Source: Candidatus Eiseniibacteriota bacterium (GTDB lineage: Bacteria; Eisenbacteria; RBG-16-71-46; JABDJR01). From it: a stretch of 64,000 nt of DNA. Below are positions 10,492 through 19,513 of the stretch, piece by piece. How positions within the stretch are numbered: position 1 is the stretch's first letter; each line of letters begins with the position of its first letter. Below the pieces are notes generated by a model that was not told where the DNA came from, did not search any database, and worked only from the letters and a program-made list of their open reading frames with translations. A program made the translations under genes and the position numbers. The stretch lies in NCBI GenBank assembly GCA_963783375.1, contig CAWANH010000028.1, forward strand, positions 1,632,001 to 1,696,000, written 5' to 3'.

Positions 10492-11624
10492 GCGGCCGGA
10501 AGCCGCTCCGATTGGCCTATCTCTCCATCGGCCGCCACATCCACACCGAGCGCTGGCTCACCTGGTTCGCCCGCCGGGGCCACGACGTGCACCTCCTCAC
10601 CGTCCAGCCGGGGCCCATGCCGGGGATCTTCGTTCACGACATCACCTCCGGGGCGGGGCCCAAGCCCCTCCGCTACGCGGTCAGCCTGGTCAAGGTCCGC
10701 TCCATCCTGGGGGCGCTTCACCCCGACCTCCTTCATACCCACTTCCTCACCGGCTACGGCTACTGGGGGGTGTTCAGCGGCTGGCATCCCTTCGTGCTCA
10801 CGGTGTGGGGGGACGACGTCTACGTGACCCCCTTCGAGAATGCGGTCAAGAACCGCCTGGCCCGGACCGCACTCCGGAAGGCCGACTACGTGACCGGTGA
10901 TTCCGAGGACATCGTGGCCGCCTGCGTGAAGCTCGGGGCCGAACCCTCCCGATCCGAGGTGGTGCAGTGGGGGGTGGACTTCGGGAAGTTCCACTCCGGG
11001 ATCTCGGGCCGGGAGGTGCGAGAGCGCCTCGGCATTCCGCCCGAGGCGCCGGTGGTTCTCTCCACCCGCTCCTTCACCCAGCCCTACTACAACATCGACC
11101 TGGTGGTGGACACCGCCCCGAAGGTGCGGGAGCGCTTTCCCGACGTCCACTACGTGATCGCCGGCAACGAGGGGGACGACGCCGCGCTCCGGGCCCGGGC
11201 GGAGGCGCTGGGGCTCACCGACCGCGTGCACTGGGTCGGCCGGATCCCCCACGCCGAACTCCCGGCCTGGCTCGCCGCGAGCACGGTGTTTCTCACCGTT
11301 CCTTCCGTGGACGCCACCGCGGTGAGCCTCCTGGAGGCCATGGCCTGCCGCTCCGCGGTGGTGGCCACCGACCTTCCCTCGGCCGCGGAGTGGATCCGGG
11401 ACGGCGAGACCGGGCTCTCCGTCTCCCCGCGGGACGGGGACGCCCTGATCGAAGCCATCGTGCGGTTCCTGGCCGACCCGGACCTTCGCGCGCGAACCGG
11501 CGAGGCCGCGGAGCGGGTGGTGCGGGCCAAGGCCGACCACGACCGGAACATGGCCCGGGTGGAGGAGATCTACTACACCCTGGTGGAAGGCCGGATCCCC
11601 TCGCCGCCGGCCGGCGTGGCCTGA
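10488..11624 (+). CDS. Glycosyltransferase family 4
   Basis: 'PDLLHTH', 'VLTVWGDD', 'QWGVD', 'SLLEAMAC...VVATD...EWIRDGETG'. Confidence 0.92.
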   Translation: MSGRKPLRLAYLSIGRHIHTERWLTWFARRGHDVHLLTVQPGPMPGIFVHDITSGAGPKPLRYAVSLVKVRSILGALHPDLLHTHFLTGYGYWGVFSGWHPFVLTVWGDDVYVTPFENAVKNRLARTALRKADYVTGDSEDIVAACVKLGAEPSRSEVVQWGVDFGKFHSGISGREVRERLGIPPEAPVVLSTRSFTQPYYNIDLVVDTAPKVRERFPDVHYVIAGNEGDDAALRARAEALGLTDRVHWVGRIPHAELPAWLAASTVFLTVPSVDATAVSLLEAMACRSAVVATDLPSAAEWIRDGETGLSVSPRDGDALIEAIVRFLADPDLRARTGEAAERVVRAKADHDRNMARVEEIYYTLVEGRIPSPPAGVA

Positions 11625-11665
11625 GACCGGAGCGCTTCCGGGCCGGCGGGGTTAGACTGTCCTCC

Positions 11666-12595
11666 ATGAAGATCAGCGTCGTCACTCCCACCCACAACAA
11701 GCAGGCGCTCCTCCGCCGGACCCTGGCTTCTCTCGAAGCCCAGGACGTGGGGACGGACGCCTTCGAGGTCGTGGTGGTGGACGACGGGTCCTCGGACGGG
11801 ACCGCCGGGCTTCTGGCCGGGCTGCGGACCCCCTACCCCCTGAAATCGGTCCGGGTGGAGCAGAACCGCGGGCGGGCGGCGGCCCGGAACCGCGGCCTGG
11901 AGCGGGCCGAGGGCGGCCTGGTGGTGTTCCTGGACGACGACATGGAGCTGGTGCCGGGATTTCTCCGCGCCCACCGCGAGCTGCACGAGACCGGGGAGAG
12001 GGTGGCCGGGGTGGGTAACGTGGTGAACCATCCCGAGATCACCATGGCCCCCATAGACCGCTACATGTCCACCCGGGGCGCCCAGAAGATCGGGACGCGG
12101 GGCCCCCTCCCCTGGCGATATTTCAGCACCAACAACTCGTCGGTGAAGCGGGAGGATCTGGCCGCGGTGGGGGAGTTCGACGAGAACTTCGTCCACTACG
12201 GCTTCGAGGACCTGGAGCTGGCGCTGCGCCTGGAGCGGGAGCGGGGCCTCGCCTTCCGCTTCGTGCCGGGGGCGCGGTCCCTCCACATCCATCCCCACAC
12301 CTTGAATGAGGTTCTGGAAAAGAAAACCTTGTGCGGAAGGGCTTCCTTGCCGTACTTGTTCCACAAGCATCCCGAGACGCGCCGCAGTCTCGGGTACCAC
12401 CGGTTCGATCCCCCCCGGGCCGGCGATCCCTTGTCCCTGAACCTGGTCCGCGTCGTTTGCCGAACTCTTTTGACGCGTCCGGTGTATAGGATGGTAAGGC
12501 CCCTGGCCGAACTGAACCTGGGAAAGCTGACCGATCGAGTCCTGGATTACCTGGTCCAGTACCATTACCTGGAGGGGCTTCGGCACCCCTTTTGA
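11666..12595 (+). CDS. Glycosyltransferase family 2
   Basis: 'ISVVTPTHN', 'VVDDGSSDGT', 'GRAAARNRG', 'FLDDD', 'YGFEDLEL'. Confidence 0.92.
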   Translation: MKISVVTPTHNKQALLRRTLASLEAQDVGTDAFEVVVVDDGSSDGTAGLLAGLRTPYPLKSVRVEQNRGRAAARNRGLERAEGGLVVFLDDDMELVPGFLRAHRELHETGERVAGVGNVVNHPEITMAPIDRYMSTRGAQKIGTRGPLPWRYFSTNNSSVKREDLAAVGEFDENFVHYGFEDLELALRLERERGLAFRFVPGARSLHIHPHTLNEVLEKKTLCGRASLPYLFHKHPETRRSLGYHRFDPPRAGDPLSLNLVRVVCRTLLTRPVYRMVRPLAELNLGKLTDRVLDYLVQYHYLEGLRHPF

Positions 12596-12631
12596 GGGAC
12601 GATCGGCACGGACCCGTTTGGGTGGGCGAGC

Positions 12632-13372
12632 ATGAAGATCACGACCCTGGCTCTCGATCGACGCTACCCGGTGGACCTGGCGGAGGAGGCCCGGGGCCTT
12701 CTGCGTCTCGTCCCCCCCGAGCATCTGGTCGGGATCTCCCGCATCACGGTCTCCGGGAGCCGCCCTCTGGACGAGATGGCCGGAGAAGAGGTGCTGGGGC
12801 AGTACTTCGAAGCCTACGACGGCGAGCCCGCCTTCATCATGATCTATCCCCAGGAGATGGCCCGCGAGGTGCCGTTCCTCCTCCGTCCATTCCCGGTGGT
12901 CTGGCGGGTGCTCCTGGCCGAGACCCTCTTTCACGAGGTCGGGCACCACTACCAGCGATTCACCCACGGCATCCGGAAGCCCGCCCAGGAGAACCACGCG
13001 GAGTCCTACGGCCTTCGCCATGCCCGGGCGGCGTTTCCCGGCGTCTACCGGGTCCTGGACCAGTGGGACCGCGTCCGGCGGGTGGTGCGCCGGATGAGGC
13101 TCTGGGGGCTCGAGCGGAAGCGCGCCCTGGGCCTGGCCTCCGCCCCCATCCTCTACGAGCTGGGGCGGCTCTACTGGGAAGAGGAAGACTGGTCTCGGGT
13201 GGTCGCGGTGTGGGAGGAGGCGTTGGCCCTGGACCCGGGCTTCGCTCCGATCAGCGAGTGGCTTCCGAGGGCGCGGCGCCGGCACCGGGTCCAGTCGCGG
13301 AAGCACCTGGCGGCGGGAGGGGTCCGGCGCCGGGCCCAGCGCCGCCCGGCGCGGTCCGGCCACCGGCGCTGA
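12632..13372 (+). CDS. Zincin-like (HExxH) metallopeptidase domain plus single TPR
   Basis: 'ETLFHEVGHH...E..AE.Y' and TPR-like 'LYELGRLYWEEEDWSRVVAVWEEALALDP'. Confidence 0.6.
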   Translation: MKITTLALDRRYPVDLAEEARGLLRLVPPEHLVGISRITVSGSRPLDEMAGEEVLGQYFEAYDGEPAFIMIYPQEMAREVPFLLRPFPVVWRVLLAETLFHEVGHHYQRFTHGIRKPAQENHAESYGLRHARAAFPGVYRVLDQWDRVRRVVRRMRLWGLERKRALGLASAPILYELGRLYWEEEDWSRVVAVWEEALALDPGFAPISEWLPRARRRHRVQSRKHLAAGGVRRRAQRRPARSGHRR

Positions 13373-13576
13373 CCCGGGGATAGACCGCCGCCGGCTCGGT
13401 TCGTCCGGGGGACCGGTCCCTTCGCCGCACGGCCGGCGCACGTCTCCCGGAGGATCCCCCGCCGGTCCAGGCGGCCGGCGCCCGCGGGTGTCCTCGCTCC
13501 GCGTTCTCGGGTATCCTTTCCCGATGCTGAACCCGAACCGCTCTATTTTCCCGCGCCTCGCTCGGAGCCTCGAACC

Positions 13577-14455
13577 ATGACCCGCCGGGAACGCGCCGGG
13601 CACGTCCTGGCTCGGCTGAAAGACGCCTACCCCGAGGCCCGCTGCGCCCTCGTCCACCGGAACCCCTTCGAGCTCCTGGTGGCCACCATCCTCTCCGCCC
13701 AGTGCACCGACGAGCGGGTGAACATGGTCACCCCGGGACTCTTCCGCCGGTGGCCCACCCCCCAGGCGATGGCCGCGGCCGATCCCGGGGAGCTGGAGGA
13801 GACGATCCGCTCCACCGGGTTCTATCACAACAAGGCCAAATCGATCCTGGGGGCGTCCCGCCGGATCACCGAGGAGTTCGGGGGGCGGGTGCCGGAAGCC
13901 ATGGAAGACCTCCTCACCCTCCCGGGGGTGGCCCGGAAGACGGCCAACGTCGTCCTGGGGACCGCGTTCGGCCGGAACGAGGGCGTGGTGGTGGACACCC
14001 ACGTCCAGCGCCTGTCCCAGCGGATGGGACTCACCACCGAGCAGGATCCCCCGAAGATCGAGCGCGGGCTGATGGACCTCTTCCCCCGGGAGGAATGGAC
14101 GGACCTCAGTCACCGGCTCATCATGCACGGCCGCCTCATCTGCAATGCCCGGCTCCCCAAATGCGTCCAGTGCGTGATGGGGGCCGAGGTGTGCCCGTCC
14201 TACCAGCCCGACGCCGCAGCCTGGCGATCGGGGAAGGCCGAGCGGGCGGGGAAGCCGGGGAAGCCCGCGGCCGGGAAGAGGGCGGCGGAGAAGGCCGGAG
14301 CGAAGACGGCCGGGACGGCGGCGAAGCAGACCGCGAAGACCGCCGGAGTGAAGGCCGGAATGAAGCCCGCAAAGAAGTCGGCCCCGAAGACGAGGAAGAA
14401 GGCCGGACGCGCGTCGGGAAACCGGGCGAAGACCAGCCGCCGCGGATCGCGCTGA
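13577..14455 (+). CDS. nth: Endonuclease III with Lys/Ala-rich C-terminal tail
   Basis: 'PFELLVATILSAQCTDERVN', HhH 'LPGVARKTANVV', 'VDTHV', Fe-S motif C-x6-C-x2-C-x6-C. Confidence 0.95.
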   Translation: MTRRERAGHVLARLKDAYPEARCALVHRNPFELLVATILSAQCTDERVNMVTPGLFRRWPTPQAMAAADPGELEETIRSTGFYHNKAKSILGASRRITEEFGGRVPEAMEDLLTLPGVARKTANVVLGTAFGRNEGVVVDTHVQRLSQRMGLTTEQDPPKIERGLMDLFPREEWTDLSHRLIMHGRLICNARLPKCVQCVMGAEVCPSYQPDAAAWRSGKAERAGKPGKPAAGKRAAEKAGAKTAGTAAKQTAKTAGVKAGMKPAKKSAPKTRKKAGRASGNRAKTSRRGSR

Positions 14456-14588
14456 GTCCGTCCGCGGTCCGGCCGGCGGAACCGTCGGCCGCCGCCGGTC
14501 GTCTCCGCGGAGTCCTGGGGCGGAGATCGACCGGGCGGCGCGCGAACAGAGGTTCAGTCCATGAGCGGGCCGCTCCCCCCGCCCCCGG

Positions 14589-15188
14589 TTACGGGTATTG
14601 CTCGCGCTCCGGGGCGGCGGAGGCCGTGGGGCTGTGCGCCTCGAGTTCCTGTCCCAGCTTCTCCATGGCCTGCATCTGCCGGTCCATCTGCGCGCCCAGG
14701 GAGTCGGACTGGTGACGGAGGTAATCGAGGTTGGTGCGCATCTGGGGATCGTTGGTGATGCTCGGGCTTTGCAGCATTTCGGCGTAGCGCCGGTCGGTCT
14801 GCTGCATGAGCTGAGCCATGGCGCTCATGGTCCCGGCCATCCGCTGGACCATCGCCTCGTACTTGCCGGTGGCCCCCGGGGTTTCCTTCATCATTCCGGC
14901 CATGGTGTCGTCGAGCTCACGAGCCCGTGCCGCCATGCTCTTCATCGAATCCATCATCGTGTCCATCTGGGTGCCGCGGGCGGCCATGGTCTCGCCCATG
15001 CGGGAGACGTCGCTCTCGTTCATCATCGCGCCGGGCGGCATCATGCCGCCGTGCATCGAGCCGCCCCGCATGGCGCCCGAGCCGCCGCCGGGCTTCGTCC
15101 CGTCGGCCTTGGCCTCTCCCGTGGTCAGGGTGAACGCCACCAGCGCCAACCCCAGAATGGAAAGCAAAGCGATTCGGATCGTCTTCAT
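14589..15188 (-). CDS. Secreted Met-rich helical protein (possible Cu/Ag-binding)
   Basis: AAGGAG RBS, signal peptide MKTIRIALLSILGLALVAF..., very high Met content. Confidence 0.6.
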   Translation of the reverse strand: MKTIRIALLSILGLALVAFTLTTGEAKADGTKPGGGSGAMRGGSMHGGMMPPGAMMNESDVSRMGETMAARGTQMDTMMDSMKSMAARARELDDTMAGMMKETPGATGKYEAMVQRMAGTMSAMAQLMQQTDRRYAEMLQSPSITNDPQMRTNLDYLRHQSDSLGAQMDRQMQAMEKLGQELEAHSPTASAAPEREQYP

Positions 15189-15371
15189 GATCGTGCTCCT
15201 TGATCGATTCCATCGTGGCAGAACCAATGGTTTGTCAACGGGGCGGGTGCCCGCCCGGCCCCACGTCTCTCAATACCCGCGCCGGCCGGACTGTATTCAC
15301 GGATTCTTTTTCCCGGGGTCATTGGGATATGTAACGTCCGGGGAGCGCGCCGGGGCCGGCGGCCGGAGGGT

Positions 15372-16463
15372 TCAGGGGAGGTGGCGCAGGGAGGCCGCGA
15401 CATCCTCCAGCACGGCGAGGATCATCGCCGAGGCATCCGAAGCCGACGATCCGCAGAGGAATTTCAAATCCACGTTCAAGGGGAAGAACGAACTCGGGCT
15501 CACCGGAATGTAGTCCACCACGGCCCTCGCCTCCGGGTCATCCAAAGCATCCCGGATCCGGTCCCGGCCGATGGTGACGATGTCGATGGAGCCCCAGTAG
15601 TTTCCCTCGGCGAGGAGCGTGTCGCCGGGAGGAGCGTAGGCCCGCGCCTCTAGATCGACCCCGTTCTCGTAGAGATCGTTCTGGGTGAAATCGGGCCGGG
15701 TTCCGCTCTCCAGGAGCACCCCGGTGCGGGAATTGTTGCGGAAGACGTTGTATCGGAGAATGGGGGTTCCGGCGAGGGCGCCTCGGAACCCGATCCGGTT
15801 GCGGCAGCCGACGTTGGCCTCCAGGTAGGGGGTCCCCGGGCCCAGGACGTCGATCCCCACCCCGCAGTTCCGAACGAAGTTGGCTCCGTAGCCCCCGTCG
15901 TCCCGGTCGCTCCGGATCCCCGCGTCGAGGGCGTCCTCGACGAGGTTGCCGATCACCAGGGGATCGACCGCCCGGAGCACCCGCACCCCCACCGAATCGC
16001 CGCTCACCCGGCAGCACCGGAGATAACCCCCCTGGCTCCGGATCAGGACTCCGGTGCCGAAGGACTCCACCGCGAGGTTCTCCGCCTTGGTTCCGTTTCC
16101 CACCGAGACGAAGACGATGCCCACGGTGCTGTCGGCGGCCGCGGTGTCCCGGAGAACCGCCGTCCCGGGATCGCCCACCCCGGTCACCGAGACCCCGTCC
16201 TTCATGAACAGGGCGGCGCGGATTCCCCCGGGAAACTCCTCCGGGTCGACGTCACGCACCTCGGTGTGGGTGTAGGTGCCGGGTTGAACGATCACCAGCA
16301 TGCCCGAAGAGGCGGAATCGACCGCTGCCTGGGGATAGGGGAAGTCCTCGGGCACCCGAAAGGCGGCCGGTCCCGGCACGATCAACGGCTCGTTGTTGCT
16401 GCAGCCGCCGGTGAACGACGACGCGGCGGCAATGAGGAGCAGGGTGGAGAGGCGGACGGACAC
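15372..16463 (-). CDS. Right-handed parallel beta-helix (NosD/pectin-lyase-like) lipoprotein
   Basis: GGC lipobox, 'VPEDFPYPQAAVD...VQPGTY', PbH1-like repeats, 'AEGNYWG'. Start uncertain (16463 or 16511). Confidence 0.7.
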   Translation of the reverse strand: MSVRLSTLLLIAAASSFTGGCSNNEPLIVPGPAAFRVPEDFPYPQAAVDSASSGMLVIVQPGTYTHTEVRDVDPEEFPGGIRAALFMKDGVSVTGVGDPGTAVLRDTAAADSTVGIVFVSVGNGTKAENLAVESFGTGVLIRSQGGYLRCCRVSGDSVGVRVLRAVDPLVIGNLVEDALDAGIRSDRDDGGYGANFVRNCGVGIDVLGPGTPYLEANVGCRNRIGFRGALAGTPILRYNVFRNNSRTGVLLESGTRPDFTQNDLYENGVDLEARAYAPPGDTLLAEGNYWGSIDIVTIGRDRIRDALDDPEARAVVDYIPVSPSSFFPLNVDLKFLCGSSASDASAMILAVLEDVAASLRHLP

Positions 16464-16578
16464 CGCTCGACACCGGCCGAGGCGGTCCGGCGCCCCGGGC
16501 GACGACGGCATGACGCAAAGGTAGGGTTTGGGGTCCCCGGCCGTCAATCACCGTCATCCGGTCCGCCGGCCGTGCCGC

Positions 16579-17470
16579 TCAGAAGGTCCGGAGCTCTCCG
16601 GTCAACGTCTCGACGCGGATGCGTCCCGCGCGGCGGGTGAGGAACTCGCCGTCCACGTAGACCGGAACCCCCGCCGGGGCCTCGATCTCGAACCATGGGC
16701 TCTGGGCGGTCCGGACCCGGCCGGAGCGCACGTGGCTGCCGCCGAAGGTGCGGGGGAGGAGGGCCATCATGCGGGGGAGGCTCATCCGCCCGGTGAACAC
16801 CAGGTCGAGCTTCCCGTCGTCGATCCGGGCGGCGGGAGCGAGGAGAAACGCGCCTCCCACCCGCTTCCCGTTCTGGACCGTGGCCAGGGCGACCGGCCCC
16901 TCGTGGGTTCCGCCCTCCCACGAAACCCGCAGCGGGTAGGAGCGGAAGCGGGGGAGGCAACGCATGAGGGCCAGCACGTAGAGGAGAGGGCCATTTACCG
17001 CGGTCGTCCGGTGGCTCGCCTCGTTCACCAGGGCCTCGAAACCCAGGCCCACGTTGTTGTGATAGCGCCCGGTGAGGATCCCGATGGGCGGACTCGATCC
17101 TCCAGGAACCCAGATCCACCCGGCGCTCTTCGCCGGCGGCGATCCGATCGAGGCACCGGTCGAGGTCGGACGGCCAGCCGGTCATCCAGGCGAAGTCGTT
17201 GCCGGTTCCGGAGGGGATGAGCCCGAGCCGGTGGCGGGCCAGGTCCAGGGTCTGCAGGACCTCGTGCAGGGAGCCGTCGCCCCCGGCCACGATCACCGCG
17301 TCGAACTCGGGGCCGCGCTCGGCGACGATCTCACCGGCGTGCCCCGCGTGCTCGGTGTGGGCGATCTCGAACTCCAGCCCGCGGGCGCGGAAGGCGTCGC
17401 TCACGGCTTGGGGGGGGCGGCCCCGCCGGCGCCGGCCCGCGGCGGGGTTCATGACCACGAGGTGGCGCAT
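16579..17470 (-). CDS. Diacylglycerol kinase-family (YegS/DagK-like) lipid kinase, frameshifted near 17085
   Basis: 'VMNPAAG', 'AGGDGSLHEV', 'GLIPSGTGNDF'. The other frame has 'NVGLGFEA', 'NGKRVGG', 'DDGKLD', 'YVDGE'. Confidence 0.85.
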
Positions 17471-17514
17471 GGGGGGAGCATAATCGCCCGAGGCGTCTTC
17501 GCCAGCCCCGTTTC

Positions 17515-19199
17515 TCAGCCCTTCTTCAGGCGCGTCTCCACCTCGTCCACGATCGATTGCGCCCGGTCGCGGGCCCCGGCCACCAGGCGGGCGGCGCGGT
17601 CGCCGATCTCCGCCACCCAGCCTCGTCGCCCTCGATCCCGCTCAGGTTGATGAGGACGTTGTGATAGGCGCCCTCGGCCGCGGTCCGCGCGGTCATGGCC
17701 GCCACCGCGGCGTCGCTCACCGAGTTCGGATTGCCCCGGGCGGCGACGTCCGCGGCCAGCTCCAGCGCGGGGAGGGTCCGCTCGAGCACCGAGAGGGGAA
17801 CCAGGGTGGCCCCCCGGTTGGCCTCGCGGATGGCCTCGGACTTGGCGCGGCGCTCCTCGTCGGAGGCGGCCTTCATGCGCATGGCGTCCATGACCCGGGT
17901 GAAGGCGTCGGTGTCCTCGTCCACCGCGCGGAGGAAGGCATCCTTGGCGGTCTGGGCCTCCTCGGCCACGCGGACCATGTCCGGCCACACCTCCTCCTGG
18001 CCCTTCCGGCCCACGGTGAGGTTGGCCACCATGCTGGAGAGGGCGGCGGAAAGCGCCCCGCAGAGGGCGGCCACGCTCCCGCCCCCGGGGGCGGGAGACT
18101 CGGTGGAAAGCTCATCCACGAAGCCGGTGAGGGTGCGGTCCACCAGCCGCTTCTTCCCCTGCTCGCGGACCAGGCGGTACTCGATGATCTTCTCGTCGGG
18201 ATCGAAGGGGGAGATCTCCCGGAGACCCAGGGATTGAATGGCGGTTTCCACGATGCTCCGTTCGGGGATGCCGGTGGAGCGGCCCTGGCGCTTCAGATAG
18301 TGACGGCCGGCCAGGAGCACCGCTTCCCGGGGGATGAGCCCCACCAGCTCGGACCCGGTCACCCGGAGGCCGCGCTTCCCGGCTTCCTCCTCGATCACGT
18401 CGAAAGCGAGGTGGGGGGGCGTGGTCTCGTAGTCCACCAGGTTCATCGAGACCTGGGCCCGGTCGTATTCCTCGATGAACCAGCCCACGCCCTTCACCGC
18501 CGGGAGCCGGCCCGCGACCTTGACCGCGGTGCCGTCGTCGTGGCGGACGATCTCGCCCCGGTCGTCGCGCTTCGCCCGCCCCGCCTCGCGGACGTCGAGG
18601 GCGATGTCGTGGGCCAGACGGCGGTCGCGGGTATTGAGGTTCACGTTGTAGGCGATCAGGAACGGGCGCGCGCCGATGGCGGTGGCGCCGGCGCGGGGGT
18701 TCAGGGCGGCCGGACCGAAATCGGGTTTCCACTCCGGGTTTTCGAGCTTGGCCGCGAGGCCCTCGTACTCTCCCTTCCGGACATCGGCCAGGTTCTGTCG
18801 CTCGGGACGGCTGGCCGCGTTCTCGTAGAGGTAGACCGGGATTCCCAGCTCCTCGCCCACCCGCTTCCCCAACCGTCGCGCCAGCTCCACGCAGTCCTCC
18901 ATGGTGAGGCCGGAGACCGGAACGAAGGGGCACACGTCGGTGGCGCCCATCCGGGCATGGGCCCCGGTATGAAGCCGCATGTCGATCAGCTGGTTGGCGG
19001 TCCCGATGGCCTGGAACGCGGCCTCCACCACCGGCTCGGGCTCGCCCACGAAGGTGACCACGGTGCGGTTGGTGGCCTGACCGGGATCCACGTCGAGCAG
19101 GATGGCGCCCTCCACCCCCTGGATGGCCCGGGTGATCTGGTCGATGACGGCTCGATTCCGCCCTTCGCTGAAGTTGGGGACGCATTCGACGATCGGCAT
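17515..19199 (-). CDS. ftcd: Bifunctional glutamate formiminotransferase / formiminotetrahydrofolate cyclodeaminase (frameshift near 17620)
   Basis: 'IVECVPNFSEGR', 'HARMGATDVCPFVP', 'IAYNVNL', cyclodeaminase 'PAPGGGSVAA', 'GNPNSVSDA'. C-terminus continues in the frame ending at 17515. Confidence 0.92.
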
Positions 19200-19513
19200 G
19201 CGGACTCCTTAACTCGTTGATAAGCAATCAAGTACAAGATACTAAAATCGAGTGTAGGGGAGGGGCAAAGGCCGGTCAAGGCCCGGGGGGGACCGAGTCG
19301 CCGGGAGCGAAATCGGCGTCCGGACGGAGCGTGATCCCGGCGTCGGCGCCGCCGGCGCGCCTGGGCCCGGTCATTCTCCATGCGAGTTCATTATTTTTAT
19401 CTGAATTTTTGAGATTTGCAAAAACTCGGCTCGGGTCCACTCCCCCGGGGTCGATAACTCATCACGAGGCAAGGCCATTCCCCGCCCGTGCCGAGGAACC
19501 GGGGAAGTTCATC

